Assembly (NCBI GenBank): GCA_964437755.1
Contig: CAYTIA010000005.1
Coordinates: 802-64,801, forward strand
Origin: an uncultured Pseudomonadales bacterium
GTDB taxonomy: Bacteria; Patescibacteriota; Microgenomatia; UBA1400; PJMF01
Reading direction: 5' to 3'
Length of the DNA: 64,000 nt
How positions within the stretch are numbered: position 1 is the first letter of the stretch; each line of letters begins with the position of its first letter. The translations under genes and the position numbers were made by a program. Under the pieces are notes generated by a model, which was not told the DNA's origin, did no database searches, and saw only the letters and a list, made by a program, of their open reading frames with translations. Shown here in pieces: positions 10,336 to 20,872 of this stretch.

Positions 10336-11148
10336 ATGTTTACTCAAGACGACAACCAACAAGTAATTTTACCAACATCCGATGACTCTCAGGCTCAATC
10401 AGGAAGCACTCCATCAACTGAACCAAAAGTTGATGACAATATTGGTTCATATGAACCTCCTTTAGAAATTGATGAAGATGCCCAATCTAAAGGTCAACAA
10501 CCCTCTATCCAGGATTCAACAGTCGTTGAGGATAATCTAGCTGAACTAAAAAAAATGGTTGCTAGTTTTGGAGATGACGTAAAACAACCATCTGATAATG
10601 CTGACAGTCAAATTCTAGACGAGCCTTCTGTGGAAAAGACTTTTGAATCAACAGATGATTCTTTTGGTAATAATATATCGCAGAATGCTCAGGCCACTTC
10701 AACTGGAAATTCAGAAGCCTTAGCTGATCAAAACATTTTCTTTTTGCTAGGAGCTGAAAAAAGTAGCGCTCAAGAACAGGAGGAATTTTTAAATGAACTT
10801 CAAGCTACTATATGGGAAGATTTTGTACACAATGATATGGAGCTATTGATAACTTCTCAAGAAAAAGTTGGTGCTGATGAAATTACTAATAATGCAAGTT
10901 TAACTGAGTTGCAAAAGCAGGAACAGTTATTAGATTACCTTGATAATTTAATTCCTGATTTAGAGACAATAATGCTAGAAAAAGCTTTAGAACTCAAGCA
11001 AGATCTGGTAAAAGAAAGAATTACCTCTATAAAAGAGGCATCTCCTAACGATCAGCTCAAGCTTAACAGAATTCAAGAAGTTGAGTCTCTTCTAAGCCAA
11101 GGAAGATGGTATTCAGCTGGAGTTCTGTTAAATCAAATTGATCAATAG
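10336..11148 (+). CDS. Acidic low-complexity hypothetical protein
   Basis: D/E/Q/S-rich ORF with no motifs; good coding-length ORF in an otherwise compact region. Confidence 0.4.
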   Translation: MFTQDDNQQVILPTSDDSQAQSGSTPSTEPKVDDNIGSYEPPLEIDEDAQSKGQQPSIQDSTVVEDNLAELKKMVASFGDDVKQPSDNADSQILDEPSVEKTFESTDDSFGNNISQNAQATSTGNSEALADQNIFFLLGAEKSSAQEQEEFLNELQATIWEDFVHNDMELLITSQEKVGADEITNNASLTELQKQEQLLDYLDNLIPDLETIMLEKALELKQDLVKERITSIKEASPNDQLKLNRIQEVESLLSQGRWYSAGVLLNQIDQ

Positions 11149-11318
11149 TTTTTAAGTTTTTCAATATCATTAGTGTTGTTAATGCACTTGTCTTGGTATT
11201 CGTTGTAAAAGTCAGCATTTCTAAACTGTATTTGCTTATGAGTAGTTATGAGTCATGATACTATACTTGTAAGTGTGTTATAGTTTATTTTATTTTTTGA
11301 ACTCTCTTTGCATACCAA

Positions 11319-12452
11319 ATGAAACACCAAAACTTAAGTATCAATGGTAGCCATTTTTTTTCGCAATTATTCTCTTCAAACTCTTTAAATTTATATTTTG
11401 ATTTTGGAAGTTTTTACACAAGAGTTGCAACTTCAGAAAAATTATTGATCAATCAACCAACTTGTTATTTGAGTGAGAGAAACACGGGAGCTGTTTTAAC
11501 AATGGGCAAAGAAGCTTTTCGTTCATTTGGGAAGTCTAGTTCAAGTACTCAGGTAATTTTCCCGATAAAAAAAGGAAGTATTTATGATTCGAAAGAGTTT
11601 AATCAATATTTAGAATTATTGTTGATGCAGATAAAAAAAATAATAGATAGGAAATTTTTCACCAAAGTGGTGGCTGTATGCTATGTGCCAGAATCAGCCA
11701 CCTTCTTAGATAAACAACTTTTTATAAATGCTTTTTTAAATTTTGGAATTACTCAAGTACGCATAGAAAATAAAGCGAGCATAATTTTAAAAAATTGTGC
11801 TCAAACTCCAACTCAATCATCACATCTCAATCTAGATAAGTATAATAATGACGTTGTTTCTCATAATACTGTTGCTATTCTTGATATTGGCGATCAACTT
11901 ACTGAGTTAGCAATAGGTTCTGTTGAAAGCATCATGCTCGCTACAACACTTGACTTCGGTGGTCAACAAATTACTCAGGCAATCATTGATTACTTAAAAG
12001 AACACTGCGAACTTCAAATAAGCAAAACTCAAGCGATGAGTCTAAAACACCAGATGCAAAATGTTTTTGGAGGTGAGGTTAGAAAAATCTCAAACGATAA
12101 AGCTGTTCGAGTTGATAAAAAAAGCTCTTCGGTTTCCAAAACATTAATAAACAACTCAGTTATCAATGTTAGGGGAGTAGGGTTATCTGAGGGATTGGTT
12201 GTAACTCAAAAAATTCAAGTTGAGTCAATAAAAAATATTATTTTGAATCAACTAAGACAACTTTCAAAAAAAATAAAAAACAGCTTACTTAATTCAAATT
12301 CTCAAGAATTAGTATCAGCACTAGAAAATGGTTTAATAATAACTGGTGGAGGAAGCTTACTTGCTGGAATAGATGATTTTTTATCGGAAGAGGTTGGACT
12401 AGGTGTTTATAGATCATTAAATCCATATAGCTTTCTTGTAAAGGGGGGTTAG
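11319..12452 (+). CDS. mreB: Rod shape-determining protein MreB (divergent, N-terminal extension)
   Basis: Actin-fold motifs: LYFDFGSFYTRVA (phosphate 1), AILDIGDQLTELAIG, LIITGGGSLLAGIDDFLSEEVGLGV; followed by mreC and mreD. Confidence 0.7.
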   Translation: MKHQNLSINGSHFFSQLFSSNSLNLYFDFGSFYTRVATSEKLLINQPTCYLSERNTGAVLTMGKEAFRSFGKSSSSTQVIFPIKKGSIYDSKEFNQYLELLLMQIKKIIDRKFFTKVVAVCYVPESATFLDKQLFINAFLNFGITQVRIENKASIILKNCAQTPTQSSHLNLDKYNNDVVSHNTVAILDIGDQLTELAIGSVESIMLATTLDFGGQQITQAIIDYLKEHCELQISKTQAMSLKHQMQNVFGGEVRKISNDKAVRVDKKSSSVSKTLINNSVINVRGVGLSEGLVVTQKIQVESIKNIILNQLRQLSKKIKNSLLNSNSQELVSALENGLIITGGGSLLAGIDDFLSEEVGLGVYRSLNPYSFLVKGG

Positions 12453-12472
12453 AAATAGCGATTTTATTAATT

Positions 12473-13276
12473 ATGAACTTGATATCTCCAATAACTTTTA
12501 TTTCAAAAAAATCCAGAATCAAAACAATGGAAGCTGGATTAATTGCAGTATTTGTTTTTTTAGTTTTTATTTTTCAGTTAAGTGGTATATCTTCGACAGC
12601 CTTAAGTATTGGGAATGTGATTTGTATCCCTTTTATTCGATTAAATGTTGCCGTAGTTTCAAAAATTCATAATTTTCATGAAATTCTGCATCAGCAACAA
12701 CAACTGATTAGAAGAGTTCAAGATCTAGAAATCAGATTAAGTCAATCTCAGGCTCGTCTTGGCGAGATTGACCAACTTTCTAAGGAAAATGAAGAACTTA
12801 GGCAGTTACTAAATAGTTCTGACAGGTCTTTAAGAAAGGTGGTAATAACTAAACCAATTTTGTCATTTGCTCAACCAACAGTTGGTATTTCAGCAGAGGA
12901 AGAAATCCAAATAGGATTAGCGGTTTTAGTGAAAGATACCTTAATTGGACAGATTAAGGAAATTAAACAAGGTGCTGCCTCGATTGAGTTGTTGTGGCAA
13001 GGAGGGTCAAGTCCCGTGTTGGCAACAACTGAATCAGGTACTCAGGGAGTTGTTATTGGAGATGGGAAAAGAGTGATTTTTACAGAGGTGCCAATTACCG
13101 AAAAGCTAGAAATCGGGCAGAGAATCACCACTACAGGACAAAGAGGGATAGAGAGGGGTTTGTATATTGGGGAGATTCGCGCTCTTCAAACAGGTGCTTC
13201 TTCTGCTGTACAAACAGCTATTATTGAGCAACACGTATCCTTTTATGAAGCCCAACTTGTTGAAATAAGATTGTAG
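12473..13276 (+). CDS. mreC: Rod shape-determining protein MreC
   Basis: N-terminal TM segment, coiled-coil (RLSQSQARLGEIDQLSKENEELRQLL), C-terminal beta-domain; position between mreB and mreD. Confidence 0.65.
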   Translation: MNLISPITFISKKSRIKTMEAGLIAVFVFLVFIFQLSGISSTALSIGNVICIPFIRLNVAVVSKIHNFHEILHQQQQLIRRVQDLEIRLSQSQARLGEIDQLSKENEELRQLLNSSDRSLRKVVITKPILSFAQPTVGISAEEEIQIGLAVLVKDTLIGQIKEIKQGAASIELLWQGGSSPVLATTESGTQGVVIGDGKRVIFTEVPITEKLEIGQRITTTGQRGIERGLYIGEIRALQTGASSAVQTAIIEQHVSFYEAQLVEIRL

Positions 13277-13341
13277 CAATAATAGATCTATCATTAACTT
13301 TAAACTTGGATTTTTTATTTGGTGGGGTTAGCATATAACTT

Positions 13342-13779
13342 ATGTCCATAATCATAAAGAATACTTTCATTTTTTTAATCAAGTTGTTTGTATTATTGTT
13401 TGTATTGAGTTTTGAAAGGGTGGTTGGATTACCCTTTCTTTTTTCCTTGTTTGGTCTAATTATGCTTGATCAAACTAAGAAATCTTTCTTTATAAGACCT
13501 GTTTTGCTGCTAATTCTAAGTTTTTTAATGGCTGCAATGTTTCAAGCAGCCTGGTTAACAACAATGGTTGCATGGTGTTTGTCATTAATGTTTATGATTT
13601 TGGGTACTAAGTTGGTGAGAGTTAAAAAAAGGAGGTTCTTAATAATAGTGATTATTCAAAACTTATTGTGGCTGTGGTGGTTGAATATTCCAACAAATTG
13701 GTCTTTACTAATCCAATTAATTGTAAGTTACGTTCTCGTGATAATCTGGTTTAGAATTTTCTCAAAACCTAGAAAATAA
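13342..13779 (+). CDS. mreD: Rod shape-determining protein MreD (small polytopic membrane protein)
   Basis: 145 aa, 4-5 hydrophobic helices, located between mreC and PBP2. Confidence 0.45.
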   Translation: MSIIIKNTFIFLIKLFVLLFVLSFERVVGLPFLFSLFGLIMLDQTKKSFFIRPVLLLILSFLMAAMFQAAWLTTMVAWCLSLMFMILGTKLVRVKKRRFLIIVIIQNLLWLWWLNIPTNWSLLIQLIVSYVLVIIWFRIFSKPRK

Positions 13780-15659
13780 TGAAAAAAAATTATCGAATTA
13801 TCTCGTTTATAAAACTTGGTAAGCGTGATAAATTTTTTGTCGTTGTTTTTATTATGGTGGTGGCTTTTTCAGTATTGGTTCTGAGATTGATTCATGTTCA
13901 GTTGATAATGGGTAGTTACTATTATCGATTGGCTGATGCCAATCGACATTTTAAACAGCCAATTCCTGCCAGAAGAGGGGTTTTTTTAGATAGATATCAT
14001 CAACCACTAGTTAACAACACTAAACAATATTACGAACAAGAAGAGGATCTACTTTTTCCAAAAAAAAATCAAATAGACCATCAATCTGCTTTAGAGTTAA
14101 TGGTCAAAAATGATTGGCAAGTTTCGTTTGAGTATCGAAGACTGTATAAATATCCTTGGCAGCTCGCCCACACATTGGGTTACGTAGGGCCAATTACCTC
14201 TCAGGAACTGGCAGAGAATAATCAACTTAAAGTAAACGATCAAGTTGGAAAAATGGGCTTAGAAAAAGTTTATGATCAAGTATTGAGAGGCAGAGATGGT
14301 TATCAAATTTTTGAGATTAATACTTTAGGAGAAAAACAACAACTAGTCTCAAAAACAGACCCAGTTGCAGGCAATGATATTTTGACTAGTCTGGATCCAT
14401 TCTTATCAAAAATTGCGTATGATGCTTTGGGAGAGATGATGGGAGCTGTGATAGTTTTAGACGCAGAAACTGGGCAGGTTTTAGTTTTGGTTAACAAGCC
14501 ATCTTTTAATCCTAATGATTTTGGCAATAACTTTTTAGATCAAGTACATGAAGAACAAAGAAAGGCCAGTCTTCAAAGTTATTTTCAAGATGAAAGAAGA
14601 GTGTTTTTTAATCGGGCCATCAGCGGAACCTATCCGCCAGGATCTGTTTTTAAGTTAGTCACTTCTGTGGCAGGTTTAGAGTCAGGATCTTTCGACGAAC
14701 ACAAAACAGTTTTGGATGAAGGAATATTAAAGGTTGGAGATTATGAGTACAGAAATTGGCTTTATACTCAGCGAGGAGCAACTGATGGCGAGATTGCCCT
14801 AATTCGAGCTATTGCTAGAAGTAATGACATCTTTTTTTATAAAGCAGCTGAATGGACGGGGCCAACAACGATTGCTAATCAGGCATTGGCCTTTGGATTT
14901 GGTAAAATAACTGGAATTGAGCTATCTGGAGAAGTTAGAGGACTTGTTCCAGATCCTACTTGGAAGGAAGAGGTGATGGGAGAAAGATGGTTTTTAGGAA
15001 ATACTTACCATTTTGGAATTGGCCAAGGAGACATGGTTGCCACCCCCCTTCAGATTGCTCAGTTTATTCAATCTTTAGGAAACTATGGGAAGCTTTGTCA
15101 TCCTAGTTTAGTCATCAATGATGGAAAAAATGAGTGGAGTGCAGAAAAATGTGAAAACCTTGGTCTTCAGGATAATTCTTTAGAATTAACCTTAAGTGGA
15201 ATGATAGCTGCTTGTCAGCCTGGTGGCACTGGTTCACTCTTGTTTAAATATAACGAAGCTTTTGCGCCAATTAATGATGTAGAAAATGCTTACGATATGA
15301 TTGAGGCTGGGGCGGTTGGATGTAAAACAGGAACCAGCGAGTTCGGCGGACAAAACGAAAAAGGAAGAAGGAGAACTCATGGGTGGTTTGTTGCAATTAC
15401 AACAATAAATAGTGAAGATGTGGAGAATAATATTGAGGAAAGACTTGAATTATCGATAAATAGAGAAGAGGAAGAAAGTCAGTTAGAAATACTATCAACT
15501 AAAGAGTTACAGCAATGGTTAGATGGTATACAAAAACAGGGATTTCCAAAAAAAATAGCTCTTGTTGCATTAGTAGAAAGTGATGACGCTATTCCTTATA
15601 AGGAGGGTTCTAGAGAAGCAGCTCCGGTAATAGGTGCAATTTTAAGTTATTTGAAGTGA
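13779..15659 (+). CDS. mrdA: Penicillin-binding protein 2 (class B transpeptidase)
   Basis: N-terminal TM; SxxK (PGSVFKLV), SxN (ARSNDIFF), KTG (GCKTGTSE) motifs; start codon overlaps mreD stop. Confidence 0.85.
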   Translation: MKKNYRIISFIKLGKRDKFFVVVFIMVVAFSVLVLRLIHVQLIMGSYYYRLADANRHFKQPIPARRGVFLDRYHQPLVNNTKQYYEQEEDLLFPKKNQIDHQSALELMVKNDWQVSFEYRRLYKYPWQLAHTLGYVGPITSQELAENNQLKVNDQVGKMGLEKVYDQVLRGRDGYQIFEINTLGEKQQLVSKTDPVAGNDILTSLDPFLSKIAYDALGEMMGAVIVLDAETGQVLVLVNKPSFNPNDFGNNFLDQVHEEQRKASLQSYFQDERRVFFNRAISGTYPPGSVFKLVTSVAGLESGSFDEHKTVLDEGILKVGDYEYRNWLYTQRGATDGEIALIRAIARSNDIFFYKAAEWTGPTTIANQALAFGFGKITGIELSGEVRGLVPDPTWKEEVMGERWFLGNTYHFGIGQGDMVATPLQIAQFIQSLGNYGKLCHPSLVINDGKNEWSAEKCENLGLQDNSLELTLSGMIAACQPGGTGSLLFKYNEAFAPINDVENAYDMIEAGAVGCKTGTSEFGGQNEKGRRRTHGWFVAITTINSEDVENNIEERLELSINREEEESQLEILSTKELQQWLDGIQKQGFPKKIALVALVESDDAIPYKEGSREAAPVIGAILSYLK

Positions 15660-15689
15660 GCTGGTCAGCATCTTACTTACTAGCGATTT

Positions 15690-16247
15690 TCATTGAGAAA
15701 AAATTATTGTTTTTTTTAGTGTCTCATTTTGATTGATTAACTCTCTTAAGTGATCATCAGTTCTTAAAAGATTTCCGCTTGAGTGGCTGATATCGATAAG
15801 AATTTTTCCTGATGGTTTAAGCAAAGGTATTAATGACTCAAGAAACTTTATTTTACTATCTAATGGAGATAGTCCAGGATATATGACGTGTTGAAGAACG
15901 TTAACTAACAAAATTGTATCTGCCGTTGAATGATATCTTGAATCAAATTGGGGCGGTTTATCTCTGGCTAATAGAATAAAAGGAACATCACTATTTTTTA
16001 GATCTTGATCTCGATTGTCAAATAGATCAGCCTGAATAAGAGCTGAATCTGCCACATGAGCAATCTTGGCGCCAATTAATCCATTGCCACAGCCGATATC
16101 AAAAATAACACCGTTGGTTACACAATGTTCTTTGATAAAAATAGCCATGCTTGCATATTGATATCTTTCGGCTCCCATAAGTGCCGGAGGAGCTGAAATT
16201 TTTGAGGGAAGTTGTATTGATTGAGTGAGTGTATCTTGTTCTGCCAT
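15690..16247 (-). CDS. Class I SAM-dependent methyltransferase (small)
   Basis: Motif I IFDIGCGNGLIG; acidic residue after beta-2 (LIQADLF). Confidence 0.6.
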   Translation of the reverse strand: MAEQDTLTQSIQLPSKISAPPALMGAERYQYASMAIFIKEHCVTNGVIFDIGCGNGLIGAKIAHVADSALIQADLFDNRDQDLKNSDVPFILLARDKPPQFDSRYHSTADTILLVNVLQHVIYPGLSPLDSKIKFLESLIPLLKPSGKILIDISHSSGNLLRTDDHLRELINQNETLKKTIIFSQ

Positions 16248-16380
16248 ATTTTACTTAAAATCAACAGTCGTTGTTAATGAGTTATATTTGTAAGCTTGTT
16301 CTCATGATAATCTGAAAAGAGTATTTTTTCTAGCAAAAAAACTTAAGCTATTTTTCAGTTTTAAGGCTGATAATGAAATA

Positions 16381-17604
16381 ATGAGTTTACAAATAGATAA
16401 AAAAAAGAAGATTGATCATTTTGTACAAAATGATCAATTGGCAAGACTACTTAAAGAGCACTCACAGCTAACAAAAGATGACAGAAGAAATTGGACGGTT
16501 CTTTTTTCTGTTGAGGGTATAGGTCCACAAACTTTTTATTTAATTGTCAATTACCTGAATAAATACCAAATATCTTGGGAAGATTTTTGGGTTGGAAAAC
16601 AGGGCATATGGACAAAATTATCGTTAAACAAAAATATTATAGAATCAATAAAAAAGTTTATAAAAGAACACACAATTAACTCATATTGGAACAGTATAAT
16701 TGAGAAAAAAATTTCGGTAATATTTATCACAGATCAGAACTATCCCTTCTTATTAAAACAGATTGATGATCCTCCTCCATTGTTTTTTTTGAAAGGAAAA
16801 ATGATAGAAGATGAAAAGTTGCCAATAGCAGTGATTGGTTCCAGGAAAATGACTGGTTATGGATGTATGGTTACAGAAAAAATTGTTAATGAGCTAGTGA
16901 TTAATGATGTGGTTATAGTTTCAGGATTTATGTATGGAGTTGATGTAAAAGCTCAGAAAACAGCCATTAAACAAGGAGGCTATACTATTGGAGTTCTTGG
17001 TTATGGTTTTGATCATGTTTTCCCAAAATCTCAAACTCAACTAATGGAAACTATGCTTGAATCAGGCAATATAACCTTTATCTCAGAATATGCACCATCT
17101 GTTTGTCCCTCAAAAGGAACATTCCCCAGAAGAAATAGAATTATTGCTGGCTTAAGTTTTGGCGTGGTGGTTACTGAGGCAGGTCTGCGTAGCGGTACAC
17201 AGATTACTGTTTCTTATGCACTAAATTATGGAAGAGATGTATTTGCGGTATCAGGTCCAGTGACTAGTATTTACCACGAAGGAGTAAAATCGATGCTTAA
17301 TCAGGGTGCAACGTTGGTTGGTTCAGGAGTAGAAATTCTGAATAATTTATCGATAAAACAATGGATAGATATAAAGCAATATAAAACAGTTGAGAGTAAA
17401 CCACACCCTCAAACTACTAAGGCTAACAAGTTGAATCAGGATATTCTTGACGCGTTGAGCATTATGCCCCTAACAACGTCTGAACTATCAAAACAGATTG
17501 AAGCAAAAACAAGCAAGATAAATAAAGCCTTGGCTTTATTAGAAATTGATGGAGCCATTGTTTACAAAGAAGGGTGTTGGTGGAGAATAAAGAATAATTT
17601 CTGA
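16381..17604 (+). CDS. dprA: DNA processing protein DprA (Smf)
   Basis: Rossmann-like DprA core (IAVIGSRKMTGYG, RRNRIIAGLSFGVVVTEAGLRSGTQITVSYALNYGRDVFAV) with an N-terminal helical domain and a C-terminal wH-like tail. Confidence 0.85.
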   Translation: MSLQIDKKKKIDHFVQNDQLARLLKEHSQLTKDDRRNWTVLFSVEGIGPQTFYLIVNYLNKYQISWEDFWVGKQGIWTKLSLNKNIIESIKKFIKEHTINSYWNSIIEKKISVIFITDQNYPFLLKQIDDPPPLFFLKGKMIEDEKLPIAVIGSRKMTGYGCMVTEKIVNELVINDVVIVSGFMYGVDVKAQKTAIKQGGYTIGVLGYGFDHVFPKSQTQLMETMLESGNITFISEYAPSVCPSKGTFPRRNRIIAGLSFGVVVTEAGLRSGTQITVSYALNYGRDVFAVSGPVTSIYHEGVKSMLNQGATLVGSGVEILNNLSIKQWIDIKQYKTVESKPHPQTTKANKLNQDILDALSIMPLTTSELSKQIEAKTSKINKALALLEIDGAIVYKEGCWWRIKNNF

Positions 17605-17710
17605 TTGTACTTTGATAGCTTGCAAAGTAGAAGCAAAACTGTTGAGGGACTTGCTCCTCAGAAAGAGTTAATTTCTATTAATAATCATTAGCATTGTTAA
17701 CGAATTTATT

Positions 17711-17739
17711 TTGGTTAGTGTATATTAGTAGTTTATAAT
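17711..17739 (+). promoter_or_regulatory. Sigma70-like promoter upstream of topA (-35 TTGGTT, 17-bp spacer, -10 TATAAT)
   Basis: ttggtt-N17-tataat, 55 nt or so upstream of the topA ATG. Confidence 0.45.
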
Positions 17740-17799
17740 GACGCATTGGCACAAAGGCCATAAAAAATCTAAAGAAAAAAAATAATAAGAAAGAAATTC

Positions 17800-19947
17800 A
17801 TGAATTTAGTGATTGTCGAGTCACCAACCAAAGCAAAGAAACTTAGTACCTACCTAGGCAAAAGTTATAAGGTAAAGGCTTCAGTGGGGCATGTTCGAGA
17901 TTTACCAAAGAGCAAGCTGGGAGTTGACCTTGATAAAAACTTTGAGCCTACCTATCAAATACCAAGAGGTAAGGGAGTTGTGGTTAAAGAACTTCAAAAG
18001 CTAGCAAAATCGGCTGACAAAGTCTATTTGGCTATGGATCCTGATCGAGAAGGGGAAGCAATTGCCTGGCATGTTAAAGAACTTCTTCTAGAAAAAGATA
18101 AAAAAACAACTGATGATTATTTACGTTGTACTTTTAACGAAATTACAAAACAGGCCGTTATTCAAGCGATTGAAAATCCAGGAGAGCTTAATCTTAATCT
18201 TGTAGATGCCCAACAAGCTCGCCGAGTAGTGGATCGATTGGTTGGATATAAAATTTCCCCAGTTTTATGGAGAAAGATTCGACGCGGGTTGTCTGCAGGA
18301 AGAGTTCAGTCTGTGGCAGTTAGGTTAATCGTTGAACGTGAACGAGAGAGAGATGCTTTTAATCCAGAAGAATATTGGGAAATAGAGGTAGCTGTTGATA
18401 GTTCTGAGGATGTCGCAACACGAAAGCCAAATAAAATTTATGTAGATGGCAAAATCACTGAAAATTTACCTCAAGAAATTCTCAACCTTCAACTGTATCA
18501 AATAAATAAGAAAAAACTCGATGTTGATAGTCAAGACAAGGCAAAACCTGTTATTGAAGATCTATCTGGAGCAAACTATAAAGTTGTTGAAGTTGAACGC
18601 AAAGAAAGGAAACAACAAAGTAAACCACCTTTTACAACTTCTACTCTTCAACAAACTGCTGCTTATATGTTGGGTTTTTCTGCAAAACAGACAATGACTT
18701 TAGCTCAGCAACTTTATGAAGAGGGATTAATCACTTACCATCGTACTGATGCCATGACGTTAAGTACCAGTGCTCTAGAAATGGCACGAGATTATATTAA
18801 GAGAGAGTATGGGCAAAAATATCTTCCATCAAAAGTTAGAGTTTTTAAAAATAACTCAAAAAATGCTCAAGAGGCTCATGAAGCAATTCGTGTTACTGAT
18901 GTCAATTTAGTTGAGGAAAGAGTAGCGGAACAGGGAGCAAAATTGGGTCCAAGACATGCCAAACTGTATGATTTAATTTGGCGAAGATTTTTGGCTAGCC
19001 AGATGGAGTCAGCGGTATACGATCAAACGACAATTCATGTTGAGGCAATTAATCCGAATAACAAGGATAATATTTATAATTTAAGAACTACGGGTTCAAT
19101 CATGAAGTTTCCAGGTTGGAGAAGACTTTTTCCATCTGGCCAAGATATTCAACTCCCAGAAATTAAGAATAATCAGGAATTAAAATATTTAGATATTAAT
19201 CCTCAGCAAAAATTCACTCAACCACCACCAAGATATAATGATGCTTCTTTGGTCAAAGAGTTAGAAAAACGAGGTATTGGTAGACCAAGCACGTATGCCA
19301 GCATTATCTCTGTTATTCAAGACAGGGGTTATGTAGATCGCGAGAACAAAGCTTTTGCTCCAACCGCAATTGGATACACGGTTTGTGATTTTTTAATCCA
19401 GAACTTTGAAGGAATTATGGACTACGATTTCACGGCAGAAATGGAAGAAGACCTAGACAGAATTGCAAGAGGAGAAAAGGAATGGAGAAAGGTAATGGCT
19501 AATTTTTGGTCGCCTCTTGAGGGGAAAATCGAGAATGTATTAGAAAATGCACAGAGAGCCCAGATCCCAACCGAGAAAACTGGCGAAGTATGTCCTGAAT
19601 GTGGCAAAACTGATGGGGGAGAGATTGTGATCAGAACGGGTAGATATGGAAAGTTTCGTAGCTGTAGTCGCTATCCAGATTGTAAGTTCACTGAACCAAT
19701 TGTTGATGTTTTAGAAGGATATGATTGTCCATTGTGTGGCAAGGGTCAGATTATTATCAAACCCACCAGATATGGCAAGAGTTTCTTTGGATGTAGTCGC
19801 TATCCCGAATGTGATTGGGCCAGTTGGAAAAAGCCAGAAAAAGACTTAAAGATATCTGCTCAAGAATGGCAAGAGATTCAAAAAGCTAGGGAAGAGAGAA
19901 AAGCCAAGAGAAACTCAACAAAAAAAACTAAAAAAAAGAAAAAATAA
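17800..19947 (+). CDS. topA: DNA topoisomerase I
   Basis: Toprim N-terminus (VIVESPTKAKKL), catalytic domain, three C-terminal Cys4 zinc ribbons (CPECGK...CSRYPDC), basic tail. Confidence 0.9.
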   Translation: MNLVIVESPTKAKKLSTYLGKSYKVKASVGHVRDLPKSKLGVDLDKNFEPTYQIPRGKGVVVKELQKLAKSADKVYLAMDPDREGEAIAWHVKELLLEKDKKTTDDYLRCTFNEITKQAVIQAIENPGELNLNLVDAQQARRVVDRLVGYKISPVLWRKIRRGLSAGRVQSVAVRLIVERERERDAFNPEEYWEIEVAVDSSEDVATRKPNKIYVDGKITENLPQEILNLQLYQINKKKLDVDSQDKAKPVIEDLSGANYKVVEVERKERKQQSKPPFTTSTLQQTAAYMLGFSAKQTMTLAQQLYEEGLITYHRTDAMTLSTSALEMARDYIKREYGQKYLPSKVRVFKNNSKNAQEAHEAIRVTDVNLVEERVAEQGAKLGPRHAKLYDLIWRRFLASQMESAVYDQTTIHVEAINPNNKDNIYNLRTTGSIMKFPGWRRLFPSGQDIQLPEIKNNQELKYLDINPQQKFTQPPPRYNDASLVKELEKRGIGRPSTYASIISVIQDRGYVDRENKAFAPTAIGYTVCDFLIQNFEGIMDYDFTAEMEEDLDRIARGEKEWRKVMANFWSPLEGKIENVLENAQRAQIPTEKTGEVCPECGKTDGGEIVIRTGRYGKFRSCSRYPDCKFTEPIVDVLEGYDCPLCGKGQIIIKPTRYGKSFFGCSRYPECDWASWKKPEKDLKISAQEWQEIQKAREERKAKRNSTKKTKKKKK

Positions 19948-19955
19948 TCATCACA

Positions 19956-20537
19956 ATGAAAATTGCACTTTTTGGTGGAGCTTTTGATCCCCCCCATCTT
20001 GGTCATCTTCAGGTGATTGTCAACCTTTTTGAAAACAGGTTGGCAGATGAAGTCTGGTTGGTGCCTACGGGGACGCATGATTTTCATAAACTGATGCAAC
20101 CAGCTCCAATTAGACTAAAGATGTTAGAGATGCTCATTGATCAAATTCCTTTTAAGCATAGAGATAAAGTTAAGATTGAGCGGTGCGAATTGGAGAGAGA
20201 AGGAGTTAGCCATACAATTGACACTCTTAATCAGTTATCAAAACAATATCCCCATGACGATTTATATTTTGTAATTGGTTCTGATAACTTACAAAAGTTT
20301 CACCTGTGGGACAGATATCAAGAAATATTAGAAAAGTTTCCAGTTATTGTCTATCCGAGAGTTAATTATCCCATGAGTTCCACATATAAGAGCATGATTC
20401 CGTTAACAGGGGTTAAGCAGTTCTTAGCTTCTTCTACAGAGATAAAAAAAAGAATAATCGAACGAAAATCGGTTGATGACATGTTGCCTCAGGAAATACT
20501 AGACTTTATTCAGAAGGAACGACTATACTTGAGTTGA
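19956..20537 (+). CDS. nadD: Nicotinate-nucleotide adenylyltransferase
   Basis: MKIALFGGAFDPPHLGHL (HxGH nucleotidyltransferase). Confidence 0.85.
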   Translation: MKIALFGGAFDPPHLGHLQVIVNLFENRLADEVWLVPTGTHDFHKLMQPAPIRLKMLEMLIDQIPFKHRDKVKIERCELEREGVSHTIDTLNQLSKQYPHDDLYFVIGSDNLQKFHLWDRYQEILEKFPVIVYPRVNYPMSSTYKSMIPLTGVKQFLASSTEIKKRIIERKSVDDMLPQEILDFIQKERLYLS

Positions 20538-20564
20538 TAATTATATATTTCAGAAAAAAATAGT

Positions 20565-20864
20565 ATGGCAGAAGCAAAATACAAAAAGTTTTATAAATTA
20601 ATGCGCGAAAAAGAAGAAAAACTGTTTCAAGAGTTTGAGCATATTCATCAGTCGTATAAAGAAGATTCTAAGGCAAATCAGCCAGAATTTAATAGGATTG
20701 GTGAAAAGGTTGTCGAGGTGATTCGTGACTGGGATAGGAAGTTGTGTTCAAGTATGGGCAAAACAATGTATGGTCAATACTCTCAGCAGGTCTCTGAGAA
20801 GTTTTGGGATTTAGTGCGTCAAGATTTTGATCAAATTGATATGGTGGGAATAAAAATAGAGTAG
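20565..20864 (+). CDS. Hypothetical protein (99 aa) between nadD and nadE
   Basis: ORF only; no motif. Confidence 0.35.
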   Translation: MAEAKYKKFYKLMREKEEKLFQEFEHIHQSYKEDSKANQPEFNRIGEKVVEVIRDWDRKLCSSMGKTMYGQYSQQVSEKFWDLVRQDFDQIDMVGIKIE

Positions 20865-20872
20865 TTATCACA

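Noticed and set aside
11230-11300. Possible mreB promoter with duplicated ttatgagt motif
   Set aside because: No convincing -35/-10 pair with proper spacing could be assigned.
12289-12522. 77-aa minus-strand ORF spanning the mreB/mreC junction
   Set aside because: Antisense to the mreB 3' end and mreC start; hydrophobic low-complexity, typical AT-rich antisense artefact.
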